A stretch of 64,000 bases of DNA from an uncultured delta proteobacterium. GTDB taxonomy: Bacteria > Myxococcota_A > Polyangia > Polyangiales > JAFGIB01. Positions 10,738-20,804 of the stretch are shown one piece after another. The first letter of the stretch is position 1, and the number at the start of each line of letters is the position of its first letter. The DNA is taken from assembly GCA_963778655.1 (NCBI GenBank), contig CAVZVA010000009.1:96001-160000 (forward strand), given 5' to 3'. A program made the position numbers and the translations under genes. The notes beneath the pieces were generated by a model. The model was not told the DNA's origin and did no database searches. It worked only from the letters and a program-made list of their open reading frames with translations.

Positions 10738-13561
10738 ATGCTGAAGCGTGGCGATTGGGCAATCGAGGCCTCGAGCCAGACCCCTTGTCAGGTGGTCGAC
10801 ATCGAGGAGGTGTGGGGAGCCCGCAGCTACCGCGTGTGGCTCCCGACGCAGGCGACCGTGCTCCGCGTTGCCGAGCCCCGCCTCGTGCCCTTTCACACGC
10901 GTCCGACCGACGTAGTGGGCAACGAACTGGCGTTCGTCAGCGCTGCCGCCCGCATCGCCGACGCGATGGCCCGCGACGCGCTCGTGGCCCCGCTCGAAGG
11001 GACGGTGACGCCGCTGCCGCATCAGGTGCATGCGCTCTCCAGGGCGATGGCGACGGACCGGGTTCGCTACCTGCTCGCCGACGAGGTCGGCCTTGGGAAG
11101 ACCGTCGAGGCTGGGCTCATCTTTCGAGAGCTGAAGATCCGCGGCCTCGTTCGGCGCGTCCTCGTCGTTGCACCGGCAGGTCTCGTGACTCAGTGGGTCC
11201 AGGAGCTGAAGACGCACTTCAGTGAGACCTTCAGGCTCGTCATACCTGGAGAACTCTCCGCAGTCCGTGAGCTCGCGGGGCTCGATGAAGACGCCAATGC
11301 CTGGCGGCTCCACGACCAGGTCGTCTGCCCTCTCGATTCAGTGAAGCCTCTCGATGCGCGGCGAGGCTGGACGCGGGAGCAGGTGGCTCGCTTCAACCGC
11401 GAGCGCTTCGATGACCTGGTGTCGGCGGGCTGGGACCTGATCATTATCGACGAGGCACACCGCCTTGGAGGGTCGACCGACCAGGTTGCTCGCTACCGCC
11501 TCGGCGAGGCACTGGGACAAGCCGCGCCCTATCTCCTCCTTCTCAGCGCGACGCCACACCAGGGGAAGACCGATGGTTTCCGGCGCCTGATCTCGTTCCT
11601 CGATCCGCAGGCGTTTCCAGACGATGACTCCGTGAACCAAGCCCGCGTCGCGCCCTACGTCATCAGGACGGAGAAGCGCAGAGCGATCGATGCCGACGGG
11701 AACCCGCTCTTCAAGCCGCGTCACACGCAGCTCGTTGCAGTGACGTGGGGGACGAAGGACTCGGAGCAGCAGGCGCTGTACTCGGCGGTCACCGACTACG
11801 TTCGCGACGGCTACAACCAGGCAATCCAGGAGCAGCGACGGGCGATCGGCTTCCTGATGATCCTGATGCAGCGGCTCGTTACGTCGAGCACGCGCGCCAT
11901 CCGAGAGTCGCTGGAGCGGCGCCTCGAGGTGCTCGAGCTGCCCGAAGGACAGCTTTCTCTCTTCGGCGAAGACATCGGCGATGCTTGGGGCGGCCTCGAC
12001 AGCCAGGAGCAACTCGAGAGCGTGCTCAAGTCGCGTCTCAAGGGCCTGAAAAACGAGCGCGCCGAGGTCGAACTGCTTCTCTCGGCAGCTCGTCGTTGCG
12101 AAGCGAAGGGCCCTGATGCCAAGGCGCAGGCTCTCCTTGATGCGATCCACCGTCTCCAGCGCGAGGAGTCGGACCCGCTGGTGAAGGTCTTGGTCTTCAC
12201 CGAGTTCGTGCCGACGCAGGACATGCTCGCGACGTACCTCCGTGAGCGCGGGTTCCGCGTTGCCTGCTTGAACGGGTCGATGGGGCTCGACGAACGACGC
12301 GCAGTGCAGCAGGACTTCGCGGGCGAGGCTCAGATCCTCGTGTCGACCGACGCGGGCGGTGAGGGCCTGAACCTTCAATTCTGCCATGTCATCGTGAACT
12401 ACGACCTGCCGTGGAACCCGATGAAGCTCGAGCAGCGCATCGGGCGCGTCGACCGCATCGGACAGAAGCATGTCGTTGAGGCGCTCAACTTCGCGCTCGC
12501 AGGACACCGTCGAGCTGCGTGTCCGCGAGGTGCTCGAGGAGAAGCTCGCGAAGATCCTCGAGGAGTTCGGCGTCGACAAACTCGCTGACGTGCTGGACTC
12601 GGAGGAAGGAGGCCCCGACTTCGAGGAGCTGTACGTCGAGGCCATGCGACATCCCGATCAGGCCGTCGAGCGCGCCGAGGCTCTCGCCGCAGAGCTGCGA
12701 AAGCGCGCGCTCGCCGCGAAGGATGGCACGAAGGTCCTGGGACCGAGCACGACGCTAACCCCAGACGCGGCGCAGCAGCTCGCTGGGCATCAAGTGCCCT
12801 TCTGGACCGAGAAGATGACGCTCGCGTACCTCAGGAGTCGGCAGGCGTTAGGCGCGCGAATCGCGAGCGACGAGGTCGGGTACCGGCTTCAGTGGCCGGA
12901 CGGGACGGAGGTGTCCCGCGCCGTGTTCACCCCGCCCCAGGTGGCCGGCGCGCAGCATCTGACCCTCGAGGACCCCCACGTGCGCGGCATCGCGGCGCAA
13001 CTCGGATACTTCGCCCCAGGCAGTCCCATCGCGTCCGTCGTCCTCCCCGAGATCTCGGACAAGGTCGCAGGCCTGTGGTCGCTCTGGCGGATTGCCCTCG
13101 AGGGCGGCGGAACGCGGGCGACGAGAGTTCTCCCGCTCTTCGTCAGCGACGATGGGCGGGCACTGGGGCCGACCGCGCGGGCCGTGTGGGATCGGCTCCT
13201 GGAACTGGAACCGGAGAGTTTGAGCACGCGACCGGCCGAGCTCGTTGGCGATGCTGCACTTGCCGCTTATGAGAACACGCGCCACCGCGCCGAGGAGGCG
13301 GGGCGCTCCCTCTACGACGAGCTTCTCAGCGCCCACCGTCGAGGTCTTGAGCAGGAGAAGCAGAAGGCCGTGTCGGCCTTCGCCTCGCGTCGTCGCGCCA
13401 TCGAGCGGATCGGTCTTCCCCAAGTGCGTGATCACCGCCTCGGTCAGCTCGCCCAAGAGGAGAATCACTTTCACGCCGACCTTGCTGTTCGTTCGGCGGC
13501 TTTTCCCGAACTGCGCGCCATCGTGATGGTGCGCGTGGCCGCTGCCGGGGAGCGGTCATGA
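10738..13561 (+). CDS. brxHII: BREX-3 SNF2-type helicase BrxHII (one frameshift at ~12500)
   Basis: LLADEVGLGKT, DEAH, SATP, STDAGGEGLNLQ, PWNPMKLEQRIGRVDRIGQ; continues in ORF 12470-13561. Confidence 0.92.
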
Positions 13562-15621
13562 CGAGCGTGCCGCCGTACAGCGGATGGCGCGAACCGATCC
13601 TCACGCACTTCACCCGAGAGATCGCGACGGTTGCGAGGCTGACCATTGTCGTCGACCCCGACCGCCTCCTCACGGAAGAGACGATTCTCGACGGGATTCG
13701 TGAGCGAGGGTTCGACCTGATCCCGTTCGAGGACCAGGTCGCCTTTCGGTTTGCGTACGAGACCCGATACCGCCGGGCGTGGGACCGAGGGGAGGAGACC
13801 AACCTCGTGGTTCTCCTGCACACGGTGCGCGCTGATGCCTCGGCGCTTCCCTTCGACCTCCTCGAAGGGGCACGGCGCGATCGGCGGCTGCTGCAGTTCA
13901 GTCGAGCGGACCTGTTCCCGAAGCTGTCGCCCGCCGTGCTGGATGGGCTCGAGACCAGTTCGTTCGATGGGCTTCACCGAGCGTTGGCGCTACGTGCCCC
14001 GGAGCATCCGCTGGGGGACGACAGGACGAAGGAGTTCCTTGTTCGCGAGGTCTTCGAGATCGCTCCCGAGCAGATTCGGAACCCCGCAGAGCTGCTTCGC
14101 CTACTCCTGCGGCGCCACTATCGAGGACAACGACTTCCGCCCGTCCTCGACGCTTGGATCATCGCGCAGTTGGAGAAGACCAAGCGTTTCACGAGTTGGC
14201 CGCTGGAGAGGCTCCTGTCGAACCGCGAGGACTTCCTCACGTTCCTGCAGGAACGCTGGCCGCTGTTCGTGACGAAGCCGAAGGTCACGGGCACGGGGGT
14301 TGCGGAACCCACCGAGCCCTATGGCCTTCGAGTCCCCGGGCCCGTTGACCTGCCGTTCGACCACGAGGACGTGCGCGTCTACATCGACAGCTTGTTCCTC
14401 GATGGCCTGCTGGCCCCGACCAGTGCGCTCCCGAAGAAGGAGGTCGAGGGAACCTGGTTGTCCGTGGGCGTGCGCGGCGACGACGTCGAGGATGCATCCC
14501 TCCGCTTTGAGCGGCTGACGGATGCTCTCGAAAAGTCCCTGCCCACCGACGCCGACGGCTATCGGTCCTGGACCGACACGGCCTGGCGCTGGGCCGAGTG
14601 GAGCGCTCTGCGCTGGACGCTCGGTGCTCGGGCTCTTGAGCCCAAGGCTGCGACCATCACCGCACTCGAGAAGCGCGTCGACAAGACCTTCACGCGGTGG
14701 ATGCTTGCGCACTACGCCTCGCTCCACAACGTCTCCTATCTCCCGTTGCCGGTAATGGTGCATCAGGTTCCGCGCCACCTCGCGCACGGATGGGTCTCGG
14801 CGTCGCGCGGTGGTCCTGCCTCGAAGCGCGTGGCCCTTCTCGTGATGGACGGTCTCGCGCTCAGTCAGTGGACGCTTCTCCGTGCGCAGCTCACGGACCG
14901 CAAGCACCGCGTGAGCGAGCACGCGATCTTCGCGTGGGTACCGACGCTGATGTCCGTCTCGAGGCAGTCCATCTTCGCTGGCGAGCCGCCGTTCTACTTC
15001 TCCGCGAGCTTGAACACGACGGCGAAGGAAGAGTCCCACTGGCGCCGCTTCTGGGAGGACCGAGACGCGAGCCGTGCCGAGGTCGCCTACGTTTGCCAGA
15101 AGAGCCAAGAACCCGACGCGGCGTTGATCGAGCGCGTGAAGGAAGCAGCCGCACATCCTCGATGTCGCGTCCTCGGCGTCGTCGTCGGGATGGTCGACCA
15201 GATGATGCACGGGGCAGTCACTGGTGCGGAGGGCTTCCACGCGCAGGTTCGTCATTGGAGCGAGACCGGAGCATTCCAGCGGCTCGTGGAGACGCTTCTT
15301 GAGCTTGGCTACGAGGTCGTCATCACGGCGGACCACGGCAACGTCGAGGCGATCGGGTTCGGGAAGCCGAACGTCGGCGAGGTGGCCGACTCACGTGGCG
15401 AGCGCGTTCATGTGTTTGCGGACGAGCTGATGCGCAGGAAGGTCCAGGACGAGTACACGCAAACCATCGCCTGGCCGCAGATCGCGCTGCCCGACGATTA
15501 CCGAGCCTTGCTCGCGTCGGAGCGAAGAGCGTTTATCACCGAGGGCGCACGCAACGTGGGCCACGGAGGTATTTCGCTTGAAGAACTGTTCGTCCCTTTC
15601 ATCACCGTCGGGAGCACCTAG
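13558..15621 (+). CDS. pglZ: BREX-3 alkaline-phosphatase-superfamily protein PglZ
   Basis: LLVMDGL, FAWVPTLMSVSRQSIF, TADHGN, HGGISLEE motifs; ATGA overlap with helicase. Confidence 0.93.
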   Translation: MTSVPPYSGWREPILTHFTREIATVARLTIVVDPDRLLTEETILDGIRERGFDLIPFEDQVAFRFAYETRYRRAWDRGEETNLVVLLHTVRADASALPFDLLEGARRDRRLLQFSRADLFPKLSPAVLDGLETSSFDGLHRALALRAPEHPLGDDRTKEFLVREVFEIAPEQIRNPAELLRLLLRRHYRGQRLPPVLDAWIIAQLEKTKRFTSWPLERLLSNREDFLTFLQERWPLFVTKPKVTGTGVAEPTEPYGLRVPGPVDLPFDHEDVRVYIDSLFLDGLLAPTSALPKKEVEGTWLSVGVRGDDVEDASLRFERLTDALEKSLPTDADGYRSWTDTAWRWAEWSALRWTLGARALEPKAATITALEKRVDKTFTRWMLAHYASLHNVSYLPLPVMVHQVPRHLAHGWVSASRGGPASKRVALLVMDGLALSQWTLLRAQLTDRKHRVSEHAIFAWVPTLMSVSRQSIFAGEPPFYFSASLNTTAKEESHWRRFWEDRDASRAEVAYVCQKSQEPDAALIERVKEAAAHPRCRVLGVVVGMVDQMMHGAVTGAEGFHAQVRHWSETGAFQRLVETLLELGYEVVITADHGNVEAIGFGKPNVGEVADSRGERVHVFADELMRRKVQDEYTQTIAWPQIALPDDYRALLASERRAFITEGARNVGHGGISLEELFVPFITVGST

Positions 15622-16365
15622 ATGAGCGCTGACCGACGAAAGGTACTCGGCTTCGACCAGAGGATTCGACTCGAGTGGCTCGAGGCTGCGGCGGGGCATG
15701 CAGCCGGCGAGAAGAGCTACGACGAGATGCGCGAGGCCCTGCTAGACCTTCTCGACGGCGTCGTGGGCGGAAGACGGTACGCGAGTGCCCGTTCGAAGAC
15801 CGTCACCGTGCTGTGCCGAGTTTGGGGGGGCGTAGTCCCCGGAACGGAAGGCCTTCGCAAGAAAGCCATCGAGGTCCTCCCGCATGTGGACGCAGCTGAG
15901 CGCGTTGCCCTGCACTGGGCCATGTCGCTAGCAGCGTATCCCTTCTTCGCAGACGTCGCGACCATCGTCGGGCGCCTCCTTGAGCTGCAGGATGAAGCCC
16001 CGATGGCGCACATCGTTCGGCGCACCGTCGAGCTGTGGGGAGATCGCGAAAAGGTACACGGCGCTGCGCAGAAGGTCGTGCGCTCGATGGCGGACTGGGG
16101 TTGTCTCACCGAACTGAGCAAGGGCGTGTTTCGTCGACGAGCCCCTCAGCTCAACGTGCGAGGCGAACTCGCAGCGATCCTTGCGGAAGGGCTCATCTTC
16201 GGCGGTGAGCAGTCGGCGGTGCCGCTACCCCAGCTCGTTCGCCACCCGGCGGCGTTCCCATTTCAGGTCGAACTCCACGCTCACGACCTGCGTCGGGCGC
16301 AGACCTTCGAGATCAGTCGACAGGGGCTAGACCTCGACGTGGTGTCACTGAGCGGGCGAGCGTAG
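15622..16365 (+). CDS. brxA: BREX-3 BrxA-like protein
   Basis: Abuts the pglZ stop; GFDQRIRLEWLE, KTVTVLCRVW, LHWAMSLAAYPFF; last position in the canonical type 3 order. Confidence 0.75.
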   Translation: MSADRRKVLGFDQRIRLEWLEAAAGHAAGEKSYDEMREALLDLLDGVVGGRRYASARSKTVTVLCRVWGGVVPGTEGLRKKAIEVLPHVDAAERVALHWAMSLAAYPFFADVATIVGRLLELQDEAPMAHIVRRTVELWGDREKVHGAAQKVVRSMADWGCLTELSKGVFRRRAPQLNVRGELAAILAEGLIFGGEQSAVPLPQLVRHPAAFPFQVELHAHDLRRAQTFEISRQGLDLDVVSLSGRA

Positions 16366-16369
16366 ACCG

Positions 16370-17333
16370 ATGGCGGCACGAGGACGGCCAGAGGTTGCGG
16401 AGGTCGTCCGCTGGTACTTCGACAAGGGGCGCGTCGAGGGTGTGCCGTTCTACTGCGACCCGACTCGAATCGGCGCGTTCGCCATCGAGCCCGACGAGCT
16501 CGCGACGGGCTCTGATGCAGCCGTGTTCCGGCTCTTCGTTTCGCTCGCGATGTACCAGGCGCTGCGCGACGTCGTGATCATGCGCCAGCAGCGCTCGCTG
16601 CCTCGCATGTCGATGCGAGTGGTCGCCGACATTGGGACCGTGAAGCGTTCGATCTCGCGGCACGCCTGCCCGACGCTGGGCTCCGTCGAAGCTTTCGAGG
16701 AGGGCTGCGACGTCGAGAAGGACGGCGACGACATCGACTGCGGCACGTGCCGTGGCGAGTCCTGCCACGTGAAGGACGCGACGCGCGTCTTCAACCGCAT
16801 GGGCGACATGGGCAAGCTGCCGACCTCGGCGTGGCTCCGGCTCTGGCGAGGCGGTGGGGTTAAGGCGCTGCTCGACGAGGTCTGCTGTGAGGAGCTGTCG
16901 CCCACGAAGCGCGCCTCGCTCCTCGTGGAGCGGTTCGCCGCCGTGCATCGCGTGGGGCGCAAGCTGGCGACCATGTTCGTGAGCGCGCTTTCGACGCCCG
17001 CGCTCGCCCCGGGCCTGACGCCCTGGTACCCGAAGATTCGACGGCAACGACCTAGTGGTCGTCGACACGAACGTCGCGCGCGCCGTCGACGCCCTCTGCG
17101 CGCCGGGCGCGGCTAAGACCTACGACGCGCGCGAGCGGTGGGTGCGGGAGCAGGCCGCCAAGCTCGACCTCCGTGCGTTCCGACCCGAGCTGCCTGCGCA
17201 CTCGCCGAGGCTCGTGCAGGAGGCCCTTTACTCCTTCTGCTCGAAGTCGAACCGCGTCGCGCGAGGCGACTCTTGCGCCGCACGGGGCACATCCTGTGCG
17301 ACGTGTGCGACCGCCCTATGCCCCTTCCCGTAG
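16370..17333 (+). CDS. HhH-GPD/endonuclease III-like DNA glycosylase with C-terminal Cys cluster (one frameshift at ~17038; ~320 aa reconstructed)
   Basis: HhH FAAVHRVGRKLATMF; VVDTNVAR catalytic-Asp motif after frame repair; C-X6-C-X2-C-X4-C at the C-terminus. Confidence 0.75.
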
Positions 17334-17350
17334 AGGCCTCTGAGAAGTCG

Positions 17351-17725
17351 CTAGCTTCGAAGCACGAGGAAACGGCGACCCCGAATCCAAGTGGGATCGG
17401 TGTAGCGCTCGAGGAGCGTGGAGTAGAACGTGAACTCCGGGTTGCCGTTCACATAGACCCAGTACGAGTAGTCGTTCTGGCTTTGGCGGCAGAAGCGGAT
17501 GATGGCCGGTCGTTCGCACGCCGCCTCAGGGATCTCCACGGTCCAGTTGTGGTCGTGCCGAACAACGGGCCGCTCAATCGTCGAGCCCGTCTGCTCGCTT
17601 CGCAGCGAGATGGGGGCGGGCGCGTCGGGGTCGAACTGGAAGAAGTTGACCCACGCACCCCAAGGCGGTTGCACTTGGGTGACGCGGCTCTCACCGGTCA
17701 GTTCCATGATCAGCTCGTTCGGCAT
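17351..17725 (-). CDS. Hypothetical 124-aa protein, possibly a stand-alone B3-like/restriction-enzyme DNA-binding domain
   Basis: ATG at 17725; aromatic, beta-rich globular composition; convergent with the glycosylase gene. Confidence 0.6.
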   Translation of the reverse strand: MPNELIMELTGESRVTQVQPPWGAWVNFFQFDPDAPAPISLRSEQTGSTIERPVVRHDHNWTVEIPEAACERPAIIRFCRQSQNDYSYWVYVNGNPEFTFYSTLLERYTDPTWIRGRRFLVLRS

Positions 17726-18007
17726 GGGCGGCTCCGTGTCCCATCCTACGCGTGTCGACACTACGATGCACGCGGGGACACGCGTCCCAACGCTCCCTTG
17801 CCGGCGGGACAGGCCCGCTTTGCCGGCAGGGCTTCGGGCCTTCGCCAGCAGCCCCAGCACGGGCGGTCGCCAGCCCCGCCCGTCGCGCCCACGTGCGCGC
17901 CGCCGTCCGCGTCCGCGCCCACGCTTGGGACCAGCGCGATCCGCGCGCCCTGGGCCAACGTGGGCGCCCTGGTGGCGCTCATCGGCGAGTCCGAGATCGC
18001 CTCGGCT

Positions 18008-18772
18008 TCAGCGCGCTGCCTTCAGTTCGGACCGGGTCAACAGGGCCTCGACCGCCGAGCGCGGCACGCTCCGTCGTGGCACGCGACGCCCGTTCTGGGT
18101 CGGCCTCAGCTCGAAGACGAAGGCGTTGCTGGGCGCGTCGATGATGCCCGGGAGGCGACGCGCATCTTCGGGCAACATCGTGCGCTTGCGAAGCTCGAAG
18201 CCGACTGCCTCGACGAACCACTGCATCGCGCTGACCGCGTACATGCGGCCGACGCCGGTCTCGTACGCGTGGCGCACGATGTACTCGACGAGCGCGCGAC
18301 CGTGCTTCTGCCGCCGACAGGTCGAGCGGACCGCGAGCGTCCGCAGCACCGCGGCGTCGCCGTACTCGTCGAGTACCGCGACGCCGATCACGACGCGGCC
18401 GTGCTCGAGGACGACGCGAGTCCGCTTCCCGCCCGCGGGCTCAAGCCAGAGCTCCGACGTGGGGAACGAGGTCATCTCCAGGAGCATGTTCGCGACCAGC
18501 TCATCCCGGGCCTCGAGCTCGCGGAAGACACGGCGCGGCGGCCCCTTCGCCTTCTCGATCAGCCCCGAGCTGCGCGGCTCTGGCTTCGGCTTCGGGGGCT
18601 CCGGTGGCGGCCAGGGTTCCCCACGGCGCTCGGCCCGGTGCTTCGCGCGCCACATGCCGAGCAGGGTCTCGGCGAGCACGCCGGCCACCTCGTCGATGCG
18701 ACGCTGCACGTCGGCGCGTCGTTCCTCGCGCGCGATCTCGGCGACGGCTTCGGGCTGCGGGGCTTGGTCCAT
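18008..18772 (-). CDS. GNAT-family acetyltransferase with N-terminal extension
   Basis: LRTLAVRSTCRRQKHGRALV acetyl-CoA-binding motif A; FVEAVGF. Confidence 0.7.
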   Translation of the reverse strand: MDQAPQPEAVAEIAREERRADVQRRIDEVAGVLAETLLGMWRAKHRAERRGEPWPPPEPPKPKPEPRSSGLIEKAKGPPRRVFRELEARDELVANMLLEMTSFPTSELWLEPAGGKRTRVVLEHGRVVIGVAVLDEYGDAAVLRTLAVRSTCRRQKHGRALVEYIVRHAYETGVGRMYAVSAMQWFVEAVGFELRKRTMLPEDARRLPGIIDAPSNAFVFELRPTQNGRRVPRRSVPRSAVEALLTRSELKAAR

Positions 18773-19080
18773 GCCGCCACCACTCAGTCTCGCTTCGCCG
18801 CTACAGTCCAGCGTGGAGCCGGGACGCCTCGCTTTCGCTCAACGTGGCCCGAGGGCACTCGGCCCCGAGGCGACGGACTCACGATGGGACAGTGCGAAGC
18901 GGCGAACCTGTCCCAGCACTCTCGGCGCAAGTTCTCGGAGTCGCAGCGCGAGCGCCATCGTGGGTCAGTACGAACATCCGAATCTGTCCCAAACCCGTTT
19001 ACCGAGAGCGTTCGCAGGAAGCGCCGCTTGCGGAGCCATTTACGGTGGCCCACCAAAAGGTGGGCCGCCACAAGTTCATA

Positions 19081-19118
19081 AAGGCCTCGCGTGATCACCC
19101 GCGGGGCCTTTCCTTTTT
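19081..19118 (+). terminator. Rho-independent terminator-like hairpin
   Basis: AAGGCCTCGCG...CGCGGGGCCTT followed by TCCTTTTT. Confidence 0.5.
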
Positions 19119-19529
19119 CAGCCAACGTTCACGTGCTTCTGCGGCTCATCGATCACGAGGGCGCGACTCGTGTCCCCATCGCGGAGAGCACGCGCTTCCC
19201 GTTGCCGGGCGCGGAGTTGGGCGTTCGTGCTCTCTGTCTCGGCGGTCCGGGGAGAGAGCACCGACGGTGGTTTACAGCAGCCCTCGTTCGATGCCCGTGA
19301 CCGTCGAAGGCCGGTTTACGGTTTCAGCGGGGACACCGTCGGCAGGCGATTTGCGTCCTGCTCTCCGGTCTACAGCTTCACGACATCTGCGCTTGTTTGC
19401 GCCATGGTGTTGGCGTAAAAGGGGGCCCGACGGAGAGCACGGGAGAGCCACCATGACGAGCACACCTCCAAGGGCACAACCGGCAACTTGTAAGCGGCCC
19501 TTGCAGGTTCGCGCGGCGGCAGCGGGTGG

Positions 19530-19554
19530 AGTTGTTACAGATCCTGTAACAACT
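19530..19554. promoter_or_regulatory. Perfect 11-bp inverted repeat AGTTGTTACAG-atc-CTGTAACAACT, putative operator
   Basis: AT-rich palindrome 35 bp upstream of the YhcG ATG. Confidence 0.6.
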
Positions 19555-19589
19555 GCTCGGCACCACGGAGCCAGCAGCGGGACGCGTCG

Positions 19590-20804
19590 ATGAGCCCCTC
19601 GAAGAAGAGGCCCAAGAGGGCGGTGGTCCCCACCGTGAAGGACTCGACGGAGCCGCAGGAGCAGGCGCTCTTCGCCCGGGTCGTCGACATCATCCAGGCC
19701 TCGCGCCAGCACGTTGCACGCTCGGTGAACACCGCGATGGTTCAGGCGTACTGGCTCATTGGGCACGACATCGTCGAGGTCGAGCAGGAGGGCAAGGCAC
19801 GGGCCGGCTATGGGGACGAGCTGATCGCTCGGCTGGCCAAACACCTGCGCGACGAGGTGGGGAAAGGGTTTGGGGCCCGAACGCTGCGCCGGATTCGGCT
19901 CCTCTACCTGACCTACCCGGAGGGGTCGGCCTTGCCGCCCGAGCTAGGGGGACCAGAGATTCGGACAGCACTGCTGTCCAAATCTGAGCCAGGCGAGAAA
20001 CGGACAGCACCGCTGTCCAAATCGCCGGGGGGATCTGCCGTGAGGTTCCCCCCGACCCTCAGCTGGACCCATTACCTCATCCTCTTGAAGGTCGCGAATC
20101 CGGACGCTCGCTCCTTCTACGAGATCGAGGCCGCGCGAGAGGGCTGGTCGAGCCGCGAGCTCGAGCGTCAGGTGGCCTCGCTGCTCTTCGAGCGGCTCGC
20201 CAAGAGCCGCGACAAGGAGAAGGTGCTCGATCTCGCGCGGCGTGGTCATGAGCTCGAGGGACCATCGGACGTCCTGAAGAACCCGTTCGTCCTGGAGTTC
20301 CTCGGGCTTCACGAGCGCGACGAGTGGCGCGAACGTGAGCTCGAACAGGCGATCATCGACCGGCTCGAATCATTCCTGCTCGAGCTCGGCAAGGGCTTCT
20401 GCTTTGTCGCACGGCAGAAGCGCCTGACCCTCGAAGGCGACCACTTCTTCGTAGACCTGGTGTTCTACAACCGGTTGCTGCGCGCCTTCGTTCTCGTCGA
20501 CCTGAAGCTTGGAAAGCTCACGCATCAGGACCTCGGCCAGATGCAGATGTACGTGAACTACTACGACCGCTACCAGCGGGCCGAGCACGAAGCGAAAACG
20601 ATCGGAATCGTGCTCTGCTCCGAGAAGAACGACGCCATGGCCAAGATCACTCTGCCCGAGGACAACGAGCAGATCCTGGCGGCGCGCTACCAGCTCTACC
20701 TCCCGACCGAAGAAGAGCTGCGCGAAGAGCTGGAGCGCGAGCGCGAGGAGGCCGAGCGCACGCTTCGGCTGTCTGCTGCGGAGCAGGGCGATGGCGACGG
20801 CTAG
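19590..20804 (+). CDS. YhcG/DUF1016-family PD-(D/E)XK nuclease-domain protein
   Basis: YWLIGHDIVE, LSWTHY, WSSRELERQ, FLLELGKGFCFVARQKR, DLVFYNR, DLK, DLGQMQMYVNYY. Confidence 0.95.
   Translation: MSPSKKRPKRAVVPTVKDSTEPQEQALFARVVDIIQASRQHVARSVNTAMVQAYWLIGHDIVEVEQEGKARAGYGDELIARLAKHLRDEVGKGFGARTLRRIRLLYLTYPEGSALPPELGGPEIRTALLSKSEPGEKRTAPLSKSPGGSAVRFPPTLSWTHYLILLKVANPDARSFYEIEAAREGWSSRELERQVASLLFERLAKSRDKEKVLDLARRGHELEGPSDVLKNPFVLEFLGLHERDEWRERELEQAIIDRLESFLLELGKGFCFVARQKRLTLEGDHFFVDLVFYNRLLRAFVLVDLKLGKLTHQDLGQMQMYVNYYDRYQRAEHEAKTIGIVLCSEKNDAMAKITLPEDNEQILAARYQLYLPTEEELREELEREREEAERTLRLSAAEQGDGDG

Noticed and set aside
17138..19094. Long plus-strand ORFs of 647 aa and 531 aa
   Set aside because: Arg/Ala/Pro-rich shadow frames overlapping better-supported minus-strand genes in high-GC DNA
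19485..19566. Second tRNA remnant (CTTGTAA...GCAGGTTCG...GGCACCA, Thr-like)
   Set aside because: Spacing to the CCA is far too long and the stems do not pair; could be chance
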